A stretch of DNA of 32,000 bases from contig CAYYXT010000002.1 of the NCBI GenBank assembly GCA_964475825.1, positions 75,177 through 107,176 on the forward strand. Direction: 5' to 3'. This DNA comes from an uncultured Nitrosopumilaceae archaeon (lineage in GTDB: Archaea; Thermoproteota; Nitrososphaeria; Nitrososphaerales; Nitrosopumilaceae). This document shows positions 1 to 7,862 of the stretch, in pieces. The notes under the pieces are model-generated. The model worked only from the letters and a program-made list of their open reading frames with translations, was not told the DNA's origin and ran no database searches. The translations under genes were made by a program, and so were the position numbers. Numbering within the stretch: the first letter of the stretch is position 1; each line of letters starts with the position of its first letter.

Positions 1-687
1 GTTATAGGATTTCACATTCTAGTAAATACTTCAAAAGATTCGGATGCACTAATCTATAGTTTTTCAATGATTATTCCAGGATGTGTGTCTATTTTTGCCT
101 TCATTACTGCAAGAAGATATGCTGGAACTTTGGTATATTCAAGAGCATACAACATGCTAGGAATCGCATTTTTGTTGATGTTTTTTGCAGAATTTACTTA
201 TTTTGTATATGAACAAATTTTAGAGTTGGAACCATATCCATCAATCGCAGATTTATTCTTTTTTGTGTTTTATCCAATGTTAATTCTTTATTTAATAATC
301 CATATCCGATTCTTTGCTCCACAAATCACAAAAATTGGAATAGCCACGATAGTGGGAACTCCGTTAATTATAACCCTTACATATCTTTACTTGACAATAT
401 CCGATGTTGGGAGTTTTGATTTCTATTATGGAATAATTTTTGTTGCTGCGGCGTCAACTACTTTAGGTCTTTCGATCCACACGGCCAGAATTTTTAAGGG
501 TGGGTTAATCGGAACAGCATGGTTAGTTCTAGTTATAGGAATTATGTTGAATGTTGTTGGAGATACTTGGTATTACTATATTGAAGTAAATGAAGGATAC
601 ACTTTAGAAGATCCAGTTAATCTTTTTTGGTATTCATCATACTTGCTTATTCTTTATTCATTATACAAACATAAAAAATCACTTTAA
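1..687 (+). CDS. Polytopic membrane protein, 5'-truncated by the window edge
   Basis: Frame 1 is open from nt 1 to the TAA at 685-687, so the listed ATG at 67 need not be the start. The product is a series of hydrophobic helices (GIAFLLMFFAEFTYFVY, LFFFVFYPMLILYLIIHI, WLVLVIGIMLNVVG). No catalytic motif recognised. Confidence 0.5.
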   Translation, partial: VIGFHILVNTSKDSDALIYSFSMIIPGCVSIFAFITARRYAGTLVYSRAYNMLGIAFLLMFFAEFTYFVYEQILELEPYPSIADLFFFVFYPMLILYLIIHIRFFAPQITKIGIATIVGTPLIITLTYLYLTISDVGSFDFYYGIIFVAAASTTLGLSIHTARIFKGGLIGTAWLVLVIGIMLNVVGDTWYYYIEVNEGYTLEDPVNLFWYSSYLLILYSLYKHKKSL

Positions 688-912
688 ATTACTAACTATA
701 ACCCGTGTGACTTCGATAATTGGTTAGAAAAACTTTAAGATTTAGAAAAAATTGAAAAAAACATTGCACCTAGTATTGACAAGAAATGTTATAAATTTTA
801 AATTTCACCATATCACTAGGAATATGCTAGATTAGATAATAGCACACATTTAACTGGAGACAAATCCCTACAAAAGTTTATCTAACCTTATCAATTAACT
901 ACGACTCGTCAA

Positions 913-1356
913 ATGCTAAATAAGAAAATAGAAAAACGTAACATCTCGAAGATTAACCGTTTTGGCTTATTTGCCAAAGAAATAATTTTCAAAGATGAAA
1001 TAATTTGGGTTCCTACAGACGATGCAATGAAGGTAATTCCTATAACTGATCTAGAAAAATTATCAACGGATGAACAACAAGACTGGATAAATCATTGCTA
1101 TCAAATGGGTGATCGTTATTACATGGATATTGATGATACACGATTAATGAATCACAGTTGTGAACCAAATACATTAGATTTTCCTAATGATAATCCAACA
1201 ATAATCATTGCTGCAAGAGACATTGAAAAAGACGAAGAAATAACTTGGAATTATCTGCCATTCATGAATCCATTTCAAGTCTTTCAGTGTAATTGTGGAA
1301 GTAGGAATTGCGTAGATATTGTTAAAAAGAATGCAGTTGTAAAACATAATTCTTGA
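913..1356 (+). CDS. SET-domain protein (lysine) methyltransferase with post-SET Cys cluster
   Basis: Contains the SET signature RLMNHSCEPNT, the EEITWNY motif, an N-terminal GLFAKE-type strand, and a C-terminal CNCGSRNC post-SET-like cluster. Total 147 aa. Confidence 0.8.
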   Translation: MLNKKIEKRNISKINRFGLFAKEIIFKDEIIWVPTDDAMKVIPITDLEKLSTDEQQDWINHCYQMGDRYYMDIDDTRLMNHSCEPNTLDFPNDNPTIIIAARDIEKDEEITWNYLPFMNPFQVFQCNCGSRNCVDIVKKNAVVKHNS

Positions 1357-1554
1357 TTAATTATTCTTTATACTGTGGTTATCTGATTATTTAATTTTTC
1401 AACATTTTTTGTATGACCACTATTTGCAAAGATTTTTCCATCCATTAGGATATTCATCCAATACAATTTTTAAGTATGAAAACATGGAAAAACGTTTCTA
1501 CTTTTGGAAATATGATTTTACGCCTGTTATTCTTATTCTCATACTGTCAGATAC

Positions 1555-1568
1555 GATATTTTTAAAAA
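1555..1568 (+). promoter_or_regulatory. Candidate TATA/BRE element for the 1590 gene
   Basis: gatatttttaaaaa is centred about 29 nt upstream of the ATG at 1590. This spacing recurs at other genes here and suggests leaderless or short-leader transcripts. Confidence 0.35.
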
Positions 1569-1589
1569 CCCCCTATCCCAAATATCTTA

Positions 1590-2087
1590 ATGGGAATCGA
1601 ATTACTTGATGAAACTAATGTCCGTTCTCTTTCTCCTGATGAGCGATTTTTAGTATGTGAACAAATATTGAAAAATGAAAAAGATGAATCAAAACGTTGG
1701 GATGCTGTATGGTTGATAGGTGAATTAGCAGAAAAAAAAGCTCAAAATGATCCAATGTTTAAAAAAGTATCTGATGTTCTTGAATGGGTTTTAAATAATG
1801 ATGATAATGGAGTAGTAAAACACGAAGCATGTTTTCAAATCGCTGCAAGAAACATGCGAAATAAAATTCCTGTTTTAGTAAATACTGCACTACACAACAA
1901 AAGTATATTGGCAAAACATGAAGCGATTGAATCTCTTGGACTAATGCGTGCATTTGAAGCAGAATCACTAATTCAGAAAGCCCTGGATGATTCTAGTTCT
2001 GATGTAAGAGAAACTGCGGCATTTGTTCTCAAGAGATTTGATCGGCTAAAAAATCATGGTGATTATAATCCCTCTGAGATTTTATAG
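1590..2087 (+). CDS. HEAT-repeat protein resembling one half of deoxyhypusine hydroxylase (two His-Glu motifs)
   Basis: Has HEAT-like helical pairs. Two HE dyads (VVKHEACFQIAARN and LAKHEAIESLGLM) are separated by 30 residues, with IPVLV between them. They are followed by SSSDVRETAAFVLKRF. The protein is 165 aa, about half the length of eukaryotic DOHH. Confidence 0.7.
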   Translation: MGIELLDETNVRSLSPDERFLVCEQILKNEKDESKRWDAVWLIGELAEKKAQNDPMFKKVSDVLEWVLNNDDNGVVKHEACFQIAARNMRNKIPVLVNTALHNKSILAKHEAIESLGLMRAFEAESLIQKALDDSSSDVRETAAFVLKRFDRLKNHGDYNPSEIL

Positions 2088-2191
2088 TCTCTAATTTTAT
2101 TTTCTATGTCTTCTCAATCTTCTAAATGAAACTCGTATGTTATGGAGAATTAAAATTAAAACAATGTGTTTTTTGATTTAAAATTTTAGAA

Positions 2192-2626
2192 CTAATTAGT
2201 TTTTCTGATGTAGTTTTTTACATCTAATGTTGTTAGTGGTTGGGCTGTCTCCCATAGCAGACTACAAAGGCTATGTATGTTACTTACCATCTCAGATGAA
2301 TTTGTACACAAAGAAAAATCTGATTCTGAATTTGTAGACATTTGACTTGCAGCTACCGAGTCTGACATTATCATTTGTTTGTCCTTTTGAACTACCATTC
2401 TTCCTTTTGATGGAATCTTACAAATTTTAGTCTCAGATGCATTAAACCTTTTTACAAATGGAATTAGTTTTGGATCATCTAGTTCTACAAGTAACCTGAC
2501 TTTACCCCCTTTCTTTTCACAAATCATGATCTTTTCAGGTATTGCACTATGATACATTCTAGATACATCTTCAAGTGTTGTTGAAATGTATACTGTATCT
2601 GATGAATTTTCTCCCCAACTGGTCAA
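2192..2626 (-). CDS. Hypothetical protein (start uncertain)
   Basis: 144-codon ORF. The only start in the open frame is TTG at 2626, because an upstream in-frame TAA lies 15 codons before it. The Ser/Thr-rich C-terminal half has no recognisable motif. No competing ORF of 60 aa or more exists on the + strand. Confidence 0.4.
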   Translation of the reverse strand: MTSWGENSSDTVYISTTLEDVSRMYHSAIPEKIMICEKKGGKVRLLVELDDPKLIPFVKRFNASETKICKIPSKGRMVVQKDKQMIMSDSVAASQMSTNSESDFSLCTNSSEMVSNIHSLCSLLWETAQPLTTLDVKNYIRKTN

Positions 2627-2704
2627 GACAGCATCCTGTTTGATCGTGAAGGAAATTTTGATGTATTTTTAATTGCTATTGACAGTCAAGATAGGCCAAA
2701 AGTA

Positions 2705-3661
2705 TTGAAACATGATTCAAAGTATCTGATTACACCCACTAATGGTATAATTGAAATCAAAAAGGATTCCACTTTTGCATTTTCTAAACTTCATAGTGAT
2801 TCATTTGCAATAACTGAAGAAGAAAACCTGATAGACCTGAAAGTCGTTCCAATCGGAGAAGGTGCTGATTTATCACTGGAAACAGAAAAAACCTTTGTCA
2901 CTCAACCCTCATCTAAAATGCTGGTGTTGTTTCCACTAGGTGAAATTAACGCAAATCATGAAAATAATCTTGGTATTGTGCAAATTGTTGATCTCCCGGG
3001 AAACCCAATAATTCCTTCATTTGATGTTAAATCAAAAATTGTTTCATCTGAAGAAAGTATAGTTCAAGTAATTGATGATGCTGTGATTCCATCTGGGATT
3101 TCTTATGCTACATTCCCAATTGAAACTACTGTAGTCGGCAATTCTATAATTTCAGCTAGTGCAAAAGGTGTGATTGGAACTGAAGGTGAAATAAGTACCG
3201 GTTCTTCATTAACACAATTAAAAATATTCACTAGCGGATTGGATGAACTAATTCCAGTTGATCAACCCGTAGAGATTAAATTGTTTATCGATGATGAAAA
3301 TGCTGAATCCGTAGCAGATGCATCAATTAAAATAGAAACTGATGGAAATTCCTTAGTTGATCCGGATGTGGTTAGAACTGGTCCTGATGGCAGTGCTGTT
3401 GTCAGATTAACTGCAACAAATGGCCCTAGTGTTTCCCTTAACCTTATTGCAACTGCAGAAGGATATTCAGAAGGAAAGGACACATTGACAATCAATGTTG
3501 ATGCCCCAGACAAAACTTTGAATGCTGTAGATCTTCAATTGCCTGAATGGATTGTTTATGTCATTATTGCAGCAATACTTTTGATAGGTGTTTTAGTTGT
3601 ATTGTTCCTGAAAAAATCAAAGGCACCATGGGAAGAAGAATGGGAAGAAGAAGAAATTTAA
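2705..3661 (+). CDS. Ig-like-domain cell-surface protein with C-terminal TM anchor and acidic tail
   Basis: Beta-rich repetitive sequence with an Ig/Big-like segment (GPDGSAVVRLTATNGPSVSLNLIATAEGYSEGKDTLTINV). The C-terminus reads LPEW, then a TM helix (IVYVIIAAILLIGVLVVLFL), then KKSK, then APWEEEWEEEEI. It has a TTG start and no N-terminal signal peptide is visible. Confidence 0.6.
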   Translation: MKHDSKYLITPTNGIIEIKKDSTFAFSKLHSDSFAITEEENLIDLKVVPIGEGADLSLETEKTFVTQPSSKMLVLFPLGEINANHENNLGIVQIVDLPGNPIIPSFDVKSKIVSSEESIVQVIDDAVIPSGISYATFPIETTVVGNSIISASAKGVIGTEGEISTGSSLTQLKIFTSGLDELIPVDQPVEIKLFIDDENAESVADASIKIETDGNSLVDPDVVRTGPDGSAVVRLTATNGPSVSLNLIATAEGYSEGKDTLTINVDAPDKTLNAVDLQLPEWIVYVIIAAILLIGVLVVLFLKKSKAPWEEEWEEEEI

Positions 3662-3685
3662 CTAGACCAAAACTTGTCTGAATAA

Positions 3686-4573
3686 TTGATACTCTCTATT
3701 TGGTTAAGAGTAATCCGTGTTAGATTTCTTTTAGCATCTGTAATTGCTGTATCTGTTGGTCTTGCAATAAACTGGCATCAAAATTCTATCGTTGATCCTC
3801 TTGATGCAGTTTTGATATTTGCCGGTGTTATGGCACTTCATGCTAGTGTTGATCTGTTAAATGATTATTGGGATTACAAAAGAGGAATAGATACAGTAAC
3901 AAAAAGAACTAAAATGAGTGGTGGAACTGGTGTTTTGCCTGAAGGATTGCTAAAACCATCATCTGTTTATCGTGCCGGAATTGGATTTTTGATATTAGGT
4001 TCTGTGATTGGATTTTATTTTATATTTACTGATGGAATAATTATTGCAGCGATTCTGGGATTTGCAATTTTATCTATCTATTTTTACTCTACTAAAATTG
4101 TGGACTCTGGGTTAGCAGAGTTTTTTGTTGCAGTAAAGGGCACGATGATTGTACTTGGAACATATTTTATACAATCAAATCAAATAACAATAGAGTCCAT
4201 TTTAGGTGGAATAGTTGTAGGTATTTTATCATCACTTGTTCTTTTTATTGCATCTTTTCCTGATCATGATGCAGACAAATCTAAAGGAAGAAAAACTCTT
4301 GTTATTGTAGTTGGTAAAGAAAAGGCAACATCTCTGTTTTGGGTATTTCCTGCAATCTCATATTCTGTGATTATACTTGGTATTTCTATTGGTGTTTTTC
4401 CAATCTTGTCTCTTATCACCCTGTTTAGCATCCCATTAATGGTGAAGGCTGGGCTGGGCTTGAAGAAAAATTTTAATTCTGTAGATGAACTGATGCCTTC
4501 CATGTCTTCCACACTGATGTTTAGTAGGATTACTGGTGCATTGTTTGTACTTAGTTTTTTGCCTAGTTTCTAA
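3686..4573 (+). CDS. menA: UbiA-family prenyltransferase, MenA-like (1,4-dihydroxy-2-naphthoate polyprenyltransferase)
   Basis: First Asp-rich motif is NDYWDYKRGID. Second motif is DHDADKSKGRKTLVIVVG (DxxxD..G..TL....G, the MenA style). Roughly 8-9 TM helices and a TTG start. Confidence 0.65.
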   Translation: MILSIWLRVIRVRFLLASVIAVSVGLAINWHQNSIVDPLDAVLIFAGVMALHASVDLLNDYWDYKRGIDTVTKRTKMSGGTGVLPEGLLKPSSVYRAGIGFLILGSVIGFYFIFTDGIIIAAILGFAILSIYFYSTKIVDSGLAEFFVAVKGTMIVLGTYFIQSNQITIESILGGIVVGILSSLVLFIASFPDHDADKSKGRKTLVIVVGKEKATSLFWVFPAISYSVIILGISIGVFPILSLITLFSIPLMVKAGLGLKKNFNSVDELMPSMSSTLMFSRITGALFVLSFLPSF

Positions 4574-4615
4574 TTGATGCTCTAGACATAAATTCAGTGT
4601 TGTTTGATAATTTTT

Positions 4616-5716
4616 ATGATTTCGGGTTTTGCTACCTCTGAGGGAACAAAAAAATTTCTCAAAAATTCAGGCATAAATTCATTGAATTTTAAGCAAATTC
4701 ACAATCTTACATTGTCTAATGTTGGTGTTGGTACATATCTTGGAGAGGCAAACGAGAAGACAGATGAACTTGTAAAAAATGCAGTTAAACAATCTATCTT
4801 ATCTGGAATTAATGTAATTGACACTGCGATTAACTATAGGGCACAAAAAGCAGAACGTTCTGTAGGAAAGGCAATTTCTGAATTAATTAATGAGGGAAAA
4901 ATTTCACGTGATCAAATTTTCATTAGCACAAAAAATGGCTATATTACAAATGACGCTGATGTAAAACAAGAATTCTGGGAATACATCAAAAATGAATACA
5001 CGCAAAAAGGAGTGATAAAAGAAGGCGATGTAACATCTGGCTATCACTGCATGACTACTGCATATCTTGATGACCAGCTAGAACGCAGTTTGAAAAATTT
5101 GGGACTGGATTGCATTGATTTGATGTATCTACATAATGCTGTAGAAGGTCAAATCAAAGACGTTTCAAAAGAAAAGTTTTTGGAAAATCTCAAATCTGTC
5201 TTTGAATTATATGAACACAAAAGAAAAGAAGGAAAGATCAAATTCTATGGCATGGCTACCTGGGAATGTTTCCGCGTTTCTCCTGATAATCCACAATACC
5301 TCTCACTACAAGATACGGTTGAATTGGCAAAAAAAATTGGGGGTGAGAATCATGGTTTTAGATTCATTCAACTCCCATTCAACATGTATTATGATCAAGC
5401 ATTACTTGCAAAAAATCAAACACTTGATGGAAGACTTGTTTCTGTATTAGAAGCTGCAGTCAAATTGAATATTGGAGTATTTACCAGTGTGCCATTAATG
5501 CAAGGAAGATTGTTAGCCCCTGGTGCAATGCTGGAGTTCAATGATCTAAAGCCATCACTTCGTGCATTACAGTTTATTCGTTCATCGCCCGGTGTTTTAG
5601 CTCCACTTGTCGGGCAAAAATCTCCTGAACACGTTTCTGAAAATCTGGAAATAATGAAAATTCCTCCCATGTCTGAAGATGAATTTCTTGCATTAGTTAA
5701 GAAACTAACTTTATAA
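4616..5716 (+). CDS. Aldo/keto reductase family oxidoreductase
   Basis: Shows GINVIDTAINYRAQKAERSVGKAI, CIDLMYLHN and a C-terminal SPEHVSENL-type segment typical of AKRs. The ORF opens at TTG 4604, but the in-frame ATG at 4616 (MISGFATSEGT) is preferred. Confidence 0.85.
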   Translation: MISGFATSEGTKKFLKNSGINSLNFKQIHNLTLSNVGVGTYLGEANEKTDELVKNAVKQSILSGINVIDTAINYRAQKAERSVGKAISELINEGKISRDQIFISTKNGYITNDADVKQEFWEYIKNEYTQKGVIKEGDVTSGYHCMTTAYLDDQLERSLKNLGLDCIDLMYLHNAVEGQIKDVSKEKFLENLKSVFELYEHKRKEGKIKFYGMATWECFRVSPDNPQYLSLQDTVELAKKIGGENHGFRFIQLPFNMYYDQALLAKNQTLDGRLVSVLEAAVKLNIGVFTSVPLMQGRLLAPGAMLEFNDLKPSLRALQFIRSSPGVLAPLVGQKSPEHVSENLEIMKIPPMSEDEFLALVKKLTL

Positions 5717-5803
5717 TCTCAAAAATATTATAAATTCTTACTTTCAAATAATTAATTCTATAGAAAGCTAATAAATGGGTCATTTGAGATTATAAACAGA
5801 AAT

Positions 5804-6169
5804 TTGGCATCTAAGATTTTTGACTACACAAAGATTTGTAAAACTATTTTATCAATAGACCCAAAAATTAGATTTGCTGGAGTGATTAATGAGCGAGGCA
5901 GATTAGTTGCAGGTGGAATGAAAGAAAATGTAGCACCACTAGAAAATGAAAAAGACGACGAGATGATCTTTATGGAGCTTGCATTAAGAGTAAAAATGAG
6001 AAAAGAATTCGATAAGCAATTAGGTCGTGTAAACTTTGCACTAGCATCAAGAGAACGTGCATTGGCAGTTAGTTTTTTAATTAATGATGATATCTTGTAT
6101 GTAGTTTCCGAACCTGATGCTGATTATGGTGTACTTCCAAAGAAGATACTGCAAATAATTCATTCATAA
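5804..6169 (+). CDS. Conserved-looking hypothetical protein (possible Roadblock/LC7-like small alpha/beta fold)
   Basis: 121 aa with a TTG start. The IRFAGVINERGRLVAGG strand-turn-strand is reminiscent of Roadblock/MglB-type domains. The fold assignment is a guess. Confidence 0.5.
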   Translation: MASKIFDYTKICKTILSIDPKIRFAGVINERGRLVAGGMKENVAPLENEKDDEMIFMELALRVKMRKEFDKQLGRVNFALASRERALAVSFLINDDILYVVSEPDADYGVLPKKILQIIHS

Positions 6170-6237
6170 TTTCTAATTTGATCTTTTTCTTATTTGATTC
6201 TACATATCTATAAATAGAATTGATCAGTGAAAAATTT

Positions 6238-6384
6238 GTGCCAGTAGATCCTGTTTGTGGAATTGAGCTTGCTGAAAAATTAGCTGTCATACATGACTAT
6301 GAAGGAAAAACACTCTTTTTTTGTTGCGATGGATGCAGAAAAATTTTCATAAGAAAACCAAAAAAATGGAAAAAAAATATCTAG
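6238..6384 (+). CDS. Small TRASH/YHS-type metal-binding domain protein (48 aa, below ORF-track cutoff)
   Basis: Hand translation gives (M)PVDPVCGIELAEKLAVIHDYEGKTLFFCCDGCRKIFIRKPKKWKKNI*. The C-x21-C-x3-C spacing and the DPVCG...FCC..C pattern match TRASH/YHS domains. The start is GTG 6238 (alternative TTG 6220) and the stop is TAG 6382-6384. Confidence 0.55.
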   Translation: MPVDPVCGIELAEKLAVIHDYEGKTLFFCCDGCRKIFIRKPKKWKKNI

Positions 6385-7328
6385 ATTGGAAAAGCTCCAC
6401 ACATACGACAAAATTTTGAATTTTCTATATTGAAATTACAATAAGGACAAGAACTAATTCCTTGTTTCTTTGTTGGTACTCCATACAAATTCCTATAAAT
6501 TTCGTAATAATGCATGGCTTCTTTTGTTCTAATTATTACTCCATCTGTTTCTTCTGTTTTCTTTTTCTTTTCTAAAAACAATTGATCGTTTATCACTGAG
6601 TCAAACAAATTTGAAAGTCCTGCAGTTCCAGAACCGTCCTGCATCGGTGATTTTTCCCTCCAAACAATTTGCATTGGTATGTTTTTCTCAAATGTTTTAC
6701 GAAGAATCCACTTTCCATGTATTTTTTCTCCCTCGTTTCTTACCTTGAGATCTGATGGAATTGTCTTTGAAAACTCTATTATTTTTTCATCAAGAAATGG
6801 TGATTCGACAACAATTCCAAGTGCTTTGCCTATTTTCTGAGTTGGAAAATGCATTACGGAGCATACTCTTTGAATTTCCTTTTCTAATTCATCTTTGGGT
6901 TTGTTGATCAAAAAACTATATCCTGCAAACAATTCGTCTGCCCCATCTCCTGTGATTATTCCCGGACTGTTTTGCTCCTTTACCCATTTTATTGCCAGAT
7001 ACATTACTATATTATTTCGAATTTCTATATCGTTGAAGTTTTTTAGAATTTTTATCGTCTCTTCTATGGCACTTAGAATATCTGATGTGCTTACCTGATT
7101 AATTGTTAACGGTATGTTGAATTCCTTTGAAACTCTCTGACAATATGTGAGATCACTTGCAACAAAATCTTTTGCTATAATTGCAACTGTATTTGGCTTT
7201 CGTTCTTTTAGGAAATATGCTATTATTGTACTGTCTAATCCTCCTGACAATGCTATTGTATTTGACTTACATGATTCACATGATTCTTTTAACATCTGAT
7301 GTAATTTTTTGGAAATGTTCTCCAACAA
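6381..7328 (-). CDS. Asparagine-synthetase-like PP-loop ATP pyrophosphatase lacking the glutaminase domain, with C-terminal zinc ribbon
   Basis: PP-loop SGGLDSTIIAYFL and the AsnB-type ITGDGADELFAGYSF motif are present. There is no N-terminal Ntn glutaminase domain, since the protein begins about 25 aa before the PP-loop. The C-terminus is CPYCNFNIENSKFCRMCG (CxxC...CxxC). TTG start. Confidence 0.8.
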   Translation of the reverse strand: MLENISKKLHQMLKESCESCKSNTIALSGGLDSTIIAYFLKERKPNTVAIIAKDFVASDLTYCQRVSKEFNIPLTINQVSTSDILSAIEETIKILKNFNDIEIRNNIVMYLAIKWVKEQNSPGIITGDGADELFAGYSFLINKPKDELEKEIQRVCSVMHFPTQKIGKALGIVVESPFLDEKIIEFSKTIPSDLKVRNEGEKIHGKWILRKTFEKNIPMQIVWREKSPMQDGSGTAGLSNLFDSVINDQLFLEKKKKTEETDGVIIRTKEAMHYYEIYRNLYGVPTKKQGISSCPYCNFNIENSKFCRMCGAFPI

Positions 7329-7445
7329 CTCGATTATATTTTTGAAACTAAAATAGGTTAGCCTAATGAATTCTAGACTGATTTACAATTCAGGCAACTT
7401 TATCCATTGCAAACTTTAAATCCTTTATCCGAACTTTGTGGTTTA

Positions 7446-7862
7446 ATGTTACTTCCCGCAGAAATTGAATCAAAAAGTCTGATTCCTGCATTAAGAGCAA
7501 TTCTTGCTAAAAAACTAGCAGAAGATCATAGTATTCGTGAAGATGAAATCTCAAAAATGCTGGGTGTTACACAAGCAGCTGTAAGCAATTACATCCGTGG
7601 AACACGTGGTGATCCATCTTTGATTGCAAAACTTTTGGCAGAAAAACAAGTTTCTACTCTTATCAATGAACTAACTGATCATCTCTCATCTGATAAGGCC
7701 TATACTCCATCCAGTCTTTCAAAATTTATTGGTCTTTGTAATTACATCAAATCAAGCTTGTTGATTTGTGAAATTCATCATAATCTTGAATCCAATATTG
7801 ATGAAAAAGTTTGCAAAGAATGCGAAAACATGCTTCTAAAAGGGCCTGGAAGCGTTTACTAG
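7446..7862 (+). CDS. HTH transcriptional regulator with Cys/His-rich C-terminal domain
   Basis: HTH segment EISKMLGVTQAAVSNYIRGTRG preceded by LIPALRAILAKKL. The C-terminus is CNYIKSSLLICEIHHN...CKEC. The ORF opens at TTG 7407, but the in-frame ATG 7446 is preferred. Confidence 0.6.
   Translation: MLLPAEIESKSLIPALRAILAKKLAEDHSIREDEISKMLGVTQAAVSNYIRGTRGDPSLIAKLLAEKQVSTLINELTDHLSSDKAYTPSSLSKFIGLCNYIKSSLLICEIHHNLESNIDEKVCKECENMLLKGPGSVY

Noticed and set aside
1409-1609. 66-aa TTG-initiated ORF between the SET gene and the DOHH-like gene
   Set aside because: Its sequence is aromatic-rich and low-complexity. It overlaps the TATA-like element and the first 20 nt of the 1590 gene, and it carries no motif. 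Most likely it is a chance ORF in the promoter spacer.
3634-3661. GAA/GGGAAGAAGAA tandem repetition at the DNA level
   Set aside because: It is explained by coding of the WEEEWEEEEI tail in frame at the end of the 2705-3661 gene, not by an independent repeat element.
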